Assembly: GCA_905331295.1 (NCBI GenBank) | Contig: CAJNYD010000557.1 | Span: 1-64,000 of the forward strand | Direction of reading: 5' to 3' | Origin: Rotaria socialis | Taxonomy: Eukaryota | Length of the DNA stretch: 64,000 bases | Shown here: one piece after another, positions 37,394 through 50,208 of the stretch | How the letters are laid out: each line of letters opens with the position of its first letter | How positions within the stretch are numbered: position 1 is the first letter of the stretch | Position numbers and translations under genes: made by a program | The notes under the pieces: generated by a model | The model's input: the letters and a program-made list of their open reading frames with translations, nothing else | Told to the model about the DNA's origin: nothing | Database searches by the model: none

Positions 37394-40283
37394 ATGGTTT
37401 CTAGAGACTTCATACATCATAATACAGACTGTAACAGAGAAGCTCCACAGACCATCAGTAACCGTGATAGTCGAATTTCAGAAAAGAAGTTTCATCGTGT
37501 TTCACATTTTAATCCCACGTGGATTGCGCTAACAGCTTTTTCTCTACGGAGCCAATTCTTTGGGCAATAGAGAACATTTCACTTATGGAGCAACCAAAGT
37601 TTCCTCGCTAAATTTGTTGAACCATTAACATATTGCCGAAAGAAACATAGTATCTGCTTAATTAAATTTTTTCCATATTTGTATTTTAAATATTATTATA
37701 TGACTGGGTTTTGTTATAGCTTTTACAGTGCATATTAGTTGAAAATATTTGTCACCGCAAATTGCTGACCTCCATTCGTATTATATGATGAACGTTCCAT
37801 GCCCAGATCTATATCCTTCGTGTATTTATTTTTGTGTCAGCTTTTTATGATCACGCTGCTCTTCGTTTAAAACAATGCAACATTTCTTCATTTCTACTTT
37901 AACACAGGTAACACAGACAAACATACGGGTTAGTATAATAGCCGTAGGAACATGCTTCGATAAATGAGTATAAGTCTATATATAACAGAAACACATACAC
38001 AAAGGCTCATAAACATATATGTGTAGGGGTTGAGACATATTTATTTAGAAGTTAGATATTGAGGGGGCGAGAAAACAACTAGATAAGAACATGCAGTATA
38101 TTGTAACAAGTTCGAGATAGATATGCAGGTAGGAAATAGACAGATATAAGGAGTTTCTGGATAAGTACACTGAACAAAAAGGTACGATAGGGAACTTTAA
38201 GGGTTTCCGTGGTGCTTAGCTATGCTTTAAAAAGTTTCGCTCGCACATACGAAACTTTAAACGAGTTTACTATCATGTAGAGTTTCGTAAAGAAACCTTG
38301 TCAAGGTTTAGTATTCAGGGACGTTTCGTGATAAATTTTTTCCAGTATTGAAAATTGAAAAGGTTTCGTAAAATACTCCTCTAATTTCATTTCAAAACAT
38401 GAGCGTTGGAGTAGATATACCTGCTCAAATTTGTTTTCTCATCGAGTTTAATGGAAATCAAACACTAACTGTTCCGCTACTAATCATGTTCTGAATCGAG
38501 TAAAACATTCTTAATGTGCACTAATCAAAACAAATCTAAAATGTTGAACTGCCGAAGATTATAAAAAAAGAAGTGCTGCATTTCAATTTCAAATCGCAAT
38601 AAAAAACCAATTACATACGTTCTCTGTTGACTGCCTCAAGTACATTCGCTTAAGTAAAGCGGTTACTTAAAGGTACGGAAATAACTTTGCGGTTGATTGC
38701 GACTAAAATGGTGAGTTATGAGCCATATATGCATAATGAGATTAATCTATAGAGGTTAGATCAGATTAAGGTTGAGGAAATCAGATAGAAGGTTATTTTA
38801 AGATCAAGGGGGTAAATTAAGTACTCTCTAAAGGCAATTCGTTTCGTAGAAAACCAAAACGCACTCGGATAACCATTTGGGATTTCAGAAACTCTCAGAG
38901 TATATACTCGGAAGCTAATACTGCCAGAATCTTTAGTCGAAATCTTATGAGGTATGTGGAAATATCATTTCAGTTTTCGAAATGTTTCGCGACGAACCGT
39001 AGACTTTCCAGGTATACTCAATCTCAAAATGTACAATAACGAATTAAAATCCGATCTCAAGTTTTTATTTGTTACAACAAAAAGCCTCTAGATCTTTTGA
39101 TTCTGTTAGAATATCTCGGAAAATGAAAGAAATCAAAGTCCTCAAACATCTCAGAGAGTTTTTTGTAGTACTCCAATGTTCTTTTCCCATCTTTATCATT
39201 GCTCAGTTCGAGATGTATTTAGTGAACTAAAACTGCCAACAATATCCAGTATAACCTATTGCATCAATAATTATTTACTCTATGAATCATTTTATTTTCC
39301 AAAGCTGAAACCATTTTAATACTATTGAAAAAGCCTCGTGCCATCTATTTGTTCTTGAACTATTCTCGACTTAGAATACAATTCGATATCATCAAAATAG
39401 TAAGTAAGAATTCAATAATAACAATCTGTTTTATCCATCGTCTTTTGTTTTAGGTTCTTATCGATACGATCGAAATAGTCAGTCAGGGGATAGACAGATA
39501 ATGTGATACATTAAGGTTGATGGTTTAAGTTAGAGAGACGAATTAAGATTAAGGAGATAGATTAAGTTTAAGGGGATAAACGTATATAGAGAAGGGGATA
39601 CGTTAAGGGAAATATATGTATTAAATTGATATGTAAATAAGATGGATTTCGATTGTATGAATCTGCTAGAGATTACATATAAGACGCTGCATCAAATAGA
39701 ATAAAGAGATAGTGAAAGGCATAAGTTTGTCGGTACTGATTCTGCAAGCGTAGATCGATCGCATTAGAATCGTGACATAATTGCAACAACGAAATCTTTT
39801 TGGATGTAAATTAAAGACGGCTTGATCTTTAGCCATATTTTTACGAAACTCAAAAATCGTGCAGGTTTCGATGAAAATCTCGAAATCGTTTTTAAGTTCC
39901 ATATGGTACCTTTTTTCGATATTTAGGCGGTTAGAAATAGACAGAGAGTTAGCTGACGATATAGAATCAAGACAGATAGATTTTAGTGGTTAAGCACAGA
40001 TATAGGTGGTGTGACTGATTTAAATCGATTTCAAGCAAATCTTAATCGATGAAAATCAAATTTAACCATTTTTAATCGGTTAACTGTTGTGTTTAAATAC
40101 TTTTCTAATTATAATCGATTCTTTCTGATTATTAAAGGATTTGGAATCAATTATAATCTGATTATTTGCCCTTTTTTACATGGATATACATCAGTAAATA
40201 CTAAAGTGAATAAAAAATTTTCCAATTATCTTGATTTATTTCAATGAAAATAAAGAGAGAGAAACTTGATTATATATACAATT

Positions 40284-42468
40284 CTATCTGATTGAGAATC
40301 GTTGAACACGATGGTTTTGATTATCTACTACATAAAGATTGTTATGCCGATCAAACGATAAAGCCCACGGCCAATGAAACTGATTTGTTTCTGATCCACG
40401 ACCATTTTTACCTACGATTATAATACCCTGTTTTGCTCCTTTAGGCCAACACATAATTCGTTCATTCCCAGTGTCTGCCACAAAGAGGGTACCCAACGTA
40501 TTAACGAATATTCCTTGTGGATATGTCAACTGTGTCAGATCATCACCTTGTCCTTGACCACCAGCGACGACAATCCCTTCTTTTTCGCCTTTATTCCATT
40601 TCATCACACGATGATTTTTGTTGTCTGATACATAGAGACTTTGTTGTTCATCGACAAAGAGGTACATCGGCTCGTTGAGTTGATTTAGACCAGCACCTTG
40701 ACCATTTCCACCAGCAACGATAGTTCCATTCTTGTCTCCCATTTTATACCGTCTGACTTCATGTTTACTTATATCTGAGATATAGAGATATCTCTTATCA
40801 TTCATAGCTATCCCACAACAATGAATATTATCTACGAGAACTTCTCCTTGAGTTGCGCCACTACGGCAAGGCCATCGTAAGACTCGTCGATTCCCTCGAT
40901 CAGAAATAATTAGACTATCAGTATTTTTATCAATCAAAACATCGCTAGGATGACACAACGGACCCAAGCCATTATCTTCAGTTTTGTCATCAGCTACGAC
41001 TCGCCCATTCGTATCATTCAGCTTCCATCGAATGATACGATTATTCCAGAAATCAGCAATGAATATTGTTTGATTGTCAGCAACGAAGAGGCCACACGGA
41101 TTACAGAGTTGATTGGTGCCGTTACCTTTCCCATTGCCTCCAGCAACAGTCTCACCCGCCTGTTGCCATCGCAGATTTTCACGCCGATTGGGAAAATCTT
41201 GAAAAAAAAATGATACTCTCTGTGGCTTCATTTTAAAAGGCGAATTTATAGGAATATTTCAAATGATTATTCTTCTCTATTTCAAGTCAAGAACAGAAAA
41301 AGATTTTTCTCTACGAAAGAAAATCATGAGATCTTTCGTTTTAATTACTGACTAGGAATTTTCTTGAAACTTCGAACAAGAGAATCTTTGACAAATCTCT
41401 TTTAAAAACTAAAAACACGATTGCATATTAAATCAACTGAAATATAGAATCCGAAGTTTTTGAAATGTTTTTTCAGGTGTTTCCTATGGTGTCCGGACTT
41501 TCGATTCAATGTAAAATGAAAATGAGGGTGAAAATAAGCTAATTTTATGAGAAAAAAAATTCATTTTCTGGCCGAAATTCACGTAACCCCTTGACAATAA
41601 GAAATATAAAATTCTTTATACCTGATCTTATTGATGGCATTTTATTTGAGTCATTATTGATTGGTTTTGGTTGTGTCGCTTGAGAAAATGAATGCGACTT
41701 GCCAGTGTCAAGCAGAGTATTCAGTGTTTCCAATTTGGAATAGGGTGGTCTAACCAGTACAATTGGTGGTTTAATTTCTTTTAAGTGAATAATATGAAGG
41801 TCAGGTGCAGGATTTAAATGACCCATCACTTCAAAATATGAGCCTGGCATGAGAATAATTTCTTTCTCGGCATTTTTGTAGTAGGAATGTTTTTCCGTAG
41901 CTTTTCCATTCATGCATTCAATTGAAAACAGAGTACGTATTCCTTGTTGACCCAAAAATTGATCTGATCTGAGTACTTCACAATCAGTTGTGCAAGAACT
42001 TACTCCCCACCAAGCAAGTCGTGTTCCTTTCTGATATCTAGAACTCAAGTCAACATCGCGAATACCACGCCATATTGCTCCACAATATGATGGTAATTTG
42101 TGCAGAGCAGTAAGAAATAATTTCAGAAATGAGAACCATGGCTTCAGTTCTCCACGATTTTCAGAACGTAGCGATTGGTTAAGTAATAGATATAAACTTG
42201 GTCCACCACCAAATTGCATTGTATATAGTTGTATAGCAGCTGATTCGTCTTGAGTTAATCCATCAACTGGATTTTGACAATTATGTAATGCAACAAAGAC
42301 TTGGTCTTGAATACCATGAAAAAAACTGGAAATGGGTTCAATGGCTTCCGTAAGGGAAACAAGTTGTACATCTTGATGGCCGTTTATCGGTGATAAAAGA
42401 TGATCTACAGGCTCTTGGTAAAGATCTGTAAAACGAGATGCACTCCCAAAATATGTCGTTCGTGCCAT
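40284..42468 (-). CDS. R-S-E class ADP-ribosyltransferase fused to an NHL-repeat beta-propeller (586 aa; exons 42468-41622, 41197-40284)
   Basis: ART motifs ESAAIQLYT, IWRGIRD, WWGVSSCT and EKEIILMPGSYFEV. About six NHL repeats (VAGGNG.G...QL..P.GLFV). Phase-1 GT-AG intron 41621-41198 joins them in frame (SG|AT gives D-FPN). Confidence 0.88.
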
Positions 42469-42804
42469 TTAATTTGCAAAAAACTAATAACCAATAAATG
42501 TCTGAAATCTAGAACAAGCAAACGAATCGATCGAATAACTGTTTCACTATTTTCACTTCAAGAAAAATAGAAAAATTATGATGAGCAAATAAGTAGAAAA
42601 AATTAAACCGTTTAGTTTAATATTTGAATCTAAATAGCGTGTTCTCGCATGAGAAAGCTAACCATAGATATGGACAGACAAAAAAAAGACATAATATTTC
42701 CAGAGGACAATCAAAAGATTGAAGGCATTGTCGATCTGGAATCATAACAGAATTGATCAATCTCACAAATTCTCTACTAAATAGTTGAGCACCCTTAGAT
42801 TGTA

Positions 42805-42857
42805 CCCAGGTCGAGCAATCCCATTGCAAGATCTTGTGTCAGATTTTTCGACCTGGG
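42805..42857. mobile_element. 53 bp mini-MITE of the same family as 18965-19262
   Basis: TA|CCCAGGTCGA...TCGACCTGGG|TA. Confidence 0.8.
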
Positions 42858-43258
42858 TAGTCTGTTTTTCTGTCAAAATAAAAATCTGACCTTACGGAAA
42901 GCAATTTTCGATTTGTAGGGTAGAATGAATCTTACATGGTCCTATTAGTCTCACGATGATCAAGAACATTAAGAAGAACGCATTAATAAAACTCGAATAT
43001 TTGTGCATATCGAGTTGTACCTAACCTAACCTGAGACGAATCACAGTCTTCGTTCGTAATAAAAAACAATGATTTGCTTTACTGGAAGTATCTTTTAGAA
43101 TTTACCCTCGAACAGCTATAATTCTTGTCCGATATTCGATGAAATTCTTCCTACTTTAGACATTAGTATACAATTATTTACTCACGAGAATTTAATGAAC
43201 GAAATCTAATTGACGACGAATATTTTCTTATCGCGCAATTCTAATTGTATGATTCAGT

Positions 43259-44266
43259 CGAGCACCTGAAAAAGGTTAAATATTTAGGTACTCATCTCGA
43301 TGCGAAATTGTCCTTTACGACACGCATCAACTATATCAAAGATAAAATACGTAAGAATGTGAATGTGCTCAAACGACTGACATCTAGTCGAATGACGAGT
43401 GAGAAAGTCAACTATAGACTTTTCANCTATAACATGTAATGGATACACAATCGAGCACCTGAAAAAGGTTAAATATTTAGGTACTCATCTCGATGCGAAA
43501 TTGTCCTTTACGACACACATCAACTATATCAAAGATAAAATACGTAAGAATGTGAATGTGCTCAAACGACTGACATCTAGTCGAATGACGAGTGAGAAAG
43601 TCAACTATAGACTTTTCAATGCTTACATTAGACCGTACTACCAGTCGCTTTTTAACATTTATCCGATTTTGACCGCAAATAAACAAAAACAACTCGAAGC
43701 AATGAATCGTCAAATTTTTCGTAAAATCCATCAGTGGTCTGATGCAACAAACATCGAAATTGAGAGTCTACCAAAATATAAATCGTTTAAGGCACTTGCA
43801 GATACTCATTGGGATAAACTGACATCAGCAATACTCAGAACAAATCCTCGTGTTCTAGAAGACTTCTTACAACACAAACTATCAATCGTTTACTTACAAG
43901 AATATTTCACAAATCCTTCACTCGCAAAAGAAAGAAAATCAATATTTGGTAGAGGAAGAACACGTAACAACATCAAAAGCCTACTAAATGATGGAATACT
44001 ATCTCTATTTGACCATGTAGTATGTTTCTAAGTCTTGAGATTCTCCTGGTTAAACATGTGTTGTATCTCCCTATTCTTTTCCCCTAAACTCTTATAGTGT
44101 CTTTCTCTTTTTTTTCTCTCGCCTTGTGTCTAGTGTATTCGATCTTTGTTTTTCTTCTCAACTATTTGGTTTCTTTTTACGCTACAGGGGCGATGTTCGC
44201 TCATAGCAGGTGTAAACCACTCATGTGGTACTCACCAAAATAAAGCATTATAAAAAAAGAAAAAAA
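43259..44266 (+). mobile_element. 5'-truncated non-LTR retrotransposon (RT C-terminus, 3'UTR, poly-A)
   Basis: 16 bp TSD AATTGTATGATTCAGT at 43243-43258 and 44267-44282. AATAAA at 44239 followed by an A tail. ORF reads KVKYLGTHLDAKLSFTTHINYIKDK...LFNAYIRP, as in the post-RT region of LINEs. Confidence 0.92.
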
Positions 44267-45564
44267 AATTGTATGATTCAGTGATTATTTCATAGTTGTT
44301 TACCTATCCAATCCATCATCGATCGTATTCATTTCTTACTAGTTGCTGTTTTTTTATGACAACCTTTATGATAATGAGTGCACACAAATGTACAAACAAC
44401 ACAACGTGCGCACATAAAGATATGCTTCACTGATTTTCAGTCAGTGAATCTTATCAACAAGATAAACATAAAACATACCAATGAATATAGAGAACAATTA
44501 AATATTCTTTTATTTTCAGACTCGTGACGGTATCTATTCATGCTTAGACTGGCAAAAAGAAAACCCGCAAGCAAATAATCTTGACGTTGATTCTCATCGT
44601 TATTTCATCTCGACTATTTGAAATAGATAAATATTTGTTTATAATTCAGAAGACAAAGTTTGCTAATAAATCGTTGCTGTTGTTTTTCCATACTGATTGG
44701 CATATCATCGAAGAAACCCAACATTAAGAGAGAAAAATAGATTAGACTACTTTATTTCGTATTCTTACCTGCTTTTCACGGTGTTTATCTTTGCTCCAAG
44801 GATTTTTTTTTCTCATATGAGGAAAAAATGGCACAATAATTGGAAAAAAAAACAGATACTGTATATAGCATTGATGAGAAAAGGACTACAGGTTAAAAAA
44901 AACTGCATTATGAGGTGACACACTATAACGTCATAACGTGTTGACAAGTATTTTACTTATCTACACTCACATATTTTCCCCGGATTGAATGTGATTCAGG
45001 ATGCCGTTTAACAAAACCAAGAAAAAAATCTTCTTAATAGATTACAATGAAGAAATGTACATGAACACAACAATTAATTTGAGTCTTTCCATGTTATTGT
45101 AATGTAAACGCTCATTCACATGCTTTTTGTTAGATCGAAGATTTTTGTTGTATGCCTAATAGTTTGTTGGTCATTTTTTTACTGTATGAAATTATACACT
45201 TGGTCAAGATCATATCAAAACATGGAGACTTTAATTTTGAAGTCTCTTTCTGATTTTTCACATCTTTGCTGTTAATATCGAGTTTACACTGGAAAACAAG
45301 TTTAATAGGCATACCTAGTGACATCTTTATTAAGATGATATTCAATCGATGTATAAGTATTCTTAATCTATTACACTTTATTTTAGTTCTTTTCTTCGTT
45401 AAATACTGTGAAACAAAAGTAAAAACAATTGTGTCACCAATGAATAAAGACGAGTCAAACCAACTGCTACGTGGTTGAAGAACGAAACGAAGTATGTTAT
45501 AGCGAGTATTGAAATTTGCTCTACACATGTTGTTACATTATCATATCAGCAAATAGATAAATAG

Positions 45565-46878
45565 ATGCATCATCACTTCTATATATACATTTATCTCGTA
45601 CTATTAGCGATAAATAATAGTGCGATAACTGCCACGACTGTGGCTGATTCCGAGCCTATGATTTTCAATGAAGATGTCATCGATGAATTCATCGAAAATG
45701 AAATTCAGCAAGGTTTTCCTGGTGCAGCTCTTATCGTAACTCGCTTTGGACAAGTATTAAAACAAAGTGTTTACGGTTATAAATTAAAATATGACGAAAA
45801 CGCGACAATTATAAAAGAACCACAACTCGTAACATTGGACACCATGTTTGACTTGGCATCGTTAACTAAAATGTATGCAACTAATTATGCGCTTATGCAT
45901 CTAGTTGAACAAGGAGCATTGAATGTTGATGATCCAGTTAAAAAATATATACCTCAATATTCTGGATGTAATCCTAAAAATGAATGCCGCGAGGCAAGAT
46001 TAATAAAAGATTTATTAACACACACCGCCGGATACGCTCCAAGTGTTGGGTTTTACAATCCAGCAAGTGTTCCACCAGATTTATTCTCACAAGAGAAGAA
46101 TAAAACAGAAGAAATTATCGAAACGAAACTGGAATTTCAACGGCCGAGAGGTGGTGATCAAATACCTCTGTATTCTGATATTGATTATATGCTTTTGGGT
46201 CTCGTGGTGGAACATATCAGTGGAATGTCCATTGACCAATATGTAGCGAATAATATTTATCAGAAACTAGATCTAAAGCATACATTATTTAATCCTCTCA
46301 ACACTAACAATAACTATCAAAAGTCGGATTTTGCTGCCACTGAATTAAATGGAAATACACGCAATCATACAATTAGTTTCCCAAATGTACGTACGCATGT
46401 ATTACAAGGTGAGGTTCATGATGAAAAATCATTTTATTCCATGCATGGCTTATCGGGACATGCTGGTCTATTTTCAAATTTATATGATATGTCGATTCTA
46501 ACTCAAATTATGTTAAACGATGGCACCTACGGAAATGTTAAATTTTGGAGTAAAAATATACAAGACTTATTTTTAACACCGTATCCATATGATCCAACGT
46601 TCGGATTAGGATGGCGTCTAAATCGAAACAAATCTTTATCATGGTTCGGTCTTCATGCATCCGATGATGCATACGGTCATACAGGTTGGACAGGAACATG
46701 CACTGTTATTGATCCGAAATACTCAATGGCAATTACTTTATTAACCAACAAACGACATACGCCATGTATCAATGGAACTTTCGATGGCGAAAAATACGAA
46801 ACAGGAAAATATGGTAAAATAATGACATTAGTCTATGAATCGATGTTGTTACACAAAGATTCACCGGAGAAACTCTGA
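45565..46878 (+). CDS. Secreted beta-lactamase-family serine hydrolase, bacterial YfeW/PBP4b (AmiE-like) type
   Basis: Intronless, 437 aa, hydrophobic N-terminus. FDLASLTKMYATNYAL (SxxK), LLTHTAG, YSDIDYMLLG, TELNGNTR...LQGEVHDEKSFYSMHGLSGHAGLFS, YGHTGWTGT, LLTNKRH. Confidence 0.88.
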   Translation: MHHHFYIYIYLVLLAINNSAITATTVADSEPMIFNEDVIDEFIENEIQQGFPGAALIVTRFGQVLKQSVYGYKLKYDENATIIKEPQLVTLDTMFDLASLTKMYATNYALMHLVEQGALNVDDPVKKYIPQYSGCNPKNECREARLIKDLLTHTAGYAPSVGFYNPASVPPDLFSQEKNKTEEIIETKLEFQRPRGGDQIPLYSDIDYMLLGLVVEHISGMSIDQYVANNIYQKLDLKHTLFNPLNTNNNYQKSDFAATELNGNTRNHTISFPNVRTHVLQGEVHDEKSFYSMHGLSGHAGLFSNLYDMSILTQIMLNDGTYGNVKFWSKNIQDLFLTPYPYDPTFGLGWRLNRNKSLSWFGLHASDDAYGHTGWTGTCTVIDPKYSMAITLLTNKRHTPCINGTFDGEKYETGKYGKIMTLVYESMLLHKDSPEKL

Positions 46879-47549
46879 ACATCTATTGTGAACGGTCGAA
46901 ATCAGAAAAGGAATTTGTAATTTTTGTTTTAAATATTCTAAAAATTGTGCAAAAAACGTTTATTGAATATATAGCAGGTTCAGAAATATATGTAATCCAT
47001 TATTTCGGCAGCTTTCACTGAAAACAATTAGAAAGTTTTTCCTCTAGTAAATATTTTTTCGAAAGAAAAACACCTGGAAACTTTCTAAAAGAGCAACCAA
47101 TTGATTCCTTTTCAGTCTGTGCTGAACAAATTCCGTGTCACAATAATCTCTCGTACGGATTCCAAGATCAAGCTTCTACTGTTTCATTCCTAGTATTGAA
47201 GATATTGTCCTTCAATAATAATTTTAAAATAGTACGGATATGTTTGTTTCGTCTTGATTAAATATTTGCTCGGCAGAAGTTATGATCAGACATCAAAGTA
47301 AAATTCATGCTCTACAATCATACAGTTTTGTGTGTAATTTCCGCTTTCCCGAGCGTGTCTTTCTCACAATATGCAAAATAAATATGACTGCTAAAAGCAA
47401 ATAAAACTAAAACTCGATTATTACGGTTTGATAAGGTTTATATTTAATTAATAAAAATTTAGAATAAAATGAAACAATAAATTCATCACATCCAACTGTT
47501 GTAGTTTGATCGATTGGTGAAGATTCAAAATCAATATGTAACAAATAAT

Positions 47550-49218
47550 TCAATCTTTCGAATTTGTACGTTTCGTAGGTAATTTTTGACGTGTATATTT
47601 AACATATTTGTTAATTACAGGCGGAACATATCTACACAGAAAATAAGAAAATCCATTAGATTTCTTTCTTTGACAAATGATTTTTACCTATGATTACTCT
47701 CAATACTTGTAGTATCTGTTTCTTCAGCTTGTTCTCGTAAATGCTTTTCGCTATTGCCATTCGATATGCTTAAATCTTTAATTGAATCGATATCTTTATG
47801 TTTCGGACTATTTTCAGTTTCGTCTGTAAAAAACTTATATTTCAAATGACTATGCTCATCGCAAATTGATAAATCATCATCATCACTATCGTCAGGTGCA
47901 ACAAATACAACTGTCATGGTAATATCACCTTTCTATAAAAAACAAAAAAAAAGAAAATAGATTTTAATTCAACATAAATACATACAATAGATGAAAGAAT
48001 ATGAACAGCATCAACATGTTTTATATCACGTAGATCATATTTATTCACAGTTAATATAGAATCCCCGACGAAAATTTGTCCCGATCGCCATACTAGCCCG
48101 CCTTCATGAATTTCTGATATAAGAATAGGTAAACCATGTTCTTTACCGCCTGTGATCGATATGCCTAGTGCTTCGTTTGGATCTTTATGAAGTTCAACTG
48201 TACGTAATTCGCCGACGCCGTGCCGTTTTTTCACTGTACTAATATCCTATATAAAAATTAACATTTGATAAGAGAAATAGGAGAATAAATAAATTTTACA
48301 TTAGTCGGCGGTAAAGTTAGTGGCTTATTGACTTTTTCTCGTCCACGACATGCCCGTATAACAGTTTTATGACGCTGCAAATGAATTTCAGCTTCAAGTT
48401 GATTCCATAAATTTTCATGATTAGGTCCACGCAAGTCACGACCGAGTAGTTGGATCTGTTGAATTCTATTCAATAAATAAACCAAAAAGAAATTTCGTAC
48501 AGATTTTAATAGTATCTCAAACAATGAGTTCAAATTAAAATCTTACCTTCCAGCTAATTCTTTATCAAGATATTTAGCTGCTAAACGTGATCCATATATT
48601 TCTGATTGAAGATTAATAATATGTGTCTTAAGTTGTTGATTTTCTTTTTCAAATTCATGTGCTTTGACATCTGAAATTAAATTTTGCTTAAATGCTTCAT
48701 GCTGTTTCAATAGTTGTTCATTCTAAATAAGCACACAGGATTTCTCTAAAGAATCAAATCTGAAGAAAAAGAAACATACCAATCGTTTTCGTATATTATC
48801 TGCACCTTCGATTTCCCCTTCATTTTTCAATATTTGACATTCCAATTGTGATGTCTGTAATTGAGCCATTGTATTATTAATTTGTTGTTCTAACACTTGT
48901 TTATCAGTTTTAATATTGAAAAATTCGGTTCGTACATCGAGCAATTGTGCCTAATTAAAGATCGATCTGTTGTTAAAGATTATCTCGTTTTAAAATACAA
49001 ACTTCTAGTTTAGCATTGATTTCTGAAATCGTTTGAACTTTATGAGAGAGTTGTGCAAAACATGAACTAAGTATTGTCATTCTGGCTCGTCCATCATCGG
49101 TAATTTCCGATTGATCCTCATCGATGTCTCCCAATAATAAATCAAGATCGACAAATGCTTTATCAAATTCTTTTTCGAGAATGTCAAGCCACCGAAACGC
49201 ATTGGCAGATACAGACAT
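47550..49218 (-). CDS. GOPC: Golgi-associated PDZ and coiled-coil protein (PIST/CAL), 7 exons
   Basis: Exons 49218-49003, 48950-48780, 48722-48547, 48465-48300, 48246-47986, 47932-47688, 47631-47550. Motifs [74 protein letters not shown] and [24 protein letters not shown]. Confidence 0.95.
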
Positions 49219-50208
49219 GTCAAACTATTTCTTTTGAATATATCTAAAGGAAAAACAGAACGTTTAATTTTTTCCGCATTGCCATACGAACGATCTCAAC
49301 CAGTAAAAAATTAATAATATGCTTGTCATTTTTTCTTGGCTATTAGTTTTTAAGAAGAACTACTTTATAAAATTTATTGGATAATCTATATAATAAATTA
49401 TTTAGGAAAAACAATCAAGATTAATATATCGTCCGTATGCGACATCTAGAATTGATTTAAGTCATTCCTATATATCACTCATTGAAGTATTCATCGGGGA
49501 AGAACTTGTAAAGAGTAACATTAAAGTAATTCTCTGTGTTACGTATGTATTGACCTTTCATTTCAGTACCAGCTTATGAAGTAAAATCTATAATATTTGC
49601 TTATTAAGGTTACCACCTTTACATCGATCGTAAAGTACAAGGAGACTCGATTTTGAATTTTTACGAATAAAAATGCATCGAATGAGAGTCTATTAGAAAA
49701 TGATTAAGTTTTTAACGAAAAATCTTATCAAGGATATCAGAGCTACTAAAAAGCAAGTAATTTTTACTTTCGTACTATGACTGTGAACCGATGGGAATGG
49801 GAATACTCCAGCAAATACACGCTCTGCTGTTTATACACAAAGTTCAAATATTATTCTCATTTTTGTATGCAATGATTTGTATTATGCTGTGACTTCATAT
49901 AAATAAAATTTTATTTCGATAAGAAAAGTGACAATATATTAAAACAAAACAAAAAACGGTCTACACATAATAAATAAAACTTGAAGTTAGTTTAGTCATA
50001 GTCGACTTTATCCTCAAATATTCGATTTTATCATCTTTCCCTAATTCACTGCGATACGAAATCTATAATACATAATGGCTGTTGCCTTGTATGATCATTG
50101 ATGAAAATCGAATTCTTTTCGAATAATTTAAAGACGATATGAAGAAAATAAACTTCCAAGTGTGCATAAAACATTTAATTAACTAATTATTGCGACTAAC
50201 ATAAAATA

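Larger units (their letters stand above)
35661..40184. mobile_element. Putative ~4.5 kb decayed TIR element with nested insertions
   Basis: TA|CCCATGTAAAAAA at 35661 and TTTTTTACATGGA|TA at 40184. Both ends are rich in AATCGAT/ATAATC subterminal motifs (35690-36270, 40015-40165). No intact ORF inside. Confidence 0.5.

Noticed and set aside
43245..43620. Tandem duplication inside the LINE as a biological event
   Set aside because: It is centred on an N, consistent with a scaffolding overlap.
45130..45528. 132 aa minus-strand ORF and other short or antisense ORFs in the track
   Set aside because: No motifs or splice support. They are shadows of real genes or chance ORFs in AT-rich DNA.
50055..50105. 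Possible vestigial SECIS in the Cys-SelT 3'UTR (ATGAT CATACA AGGC AACA GCC..TGTAT..AGAT, minus strand)
   Set aside because: The helix register does not abut the GA quartet and the stem is short. It cannot be told apart from chance AT-rich pairing.
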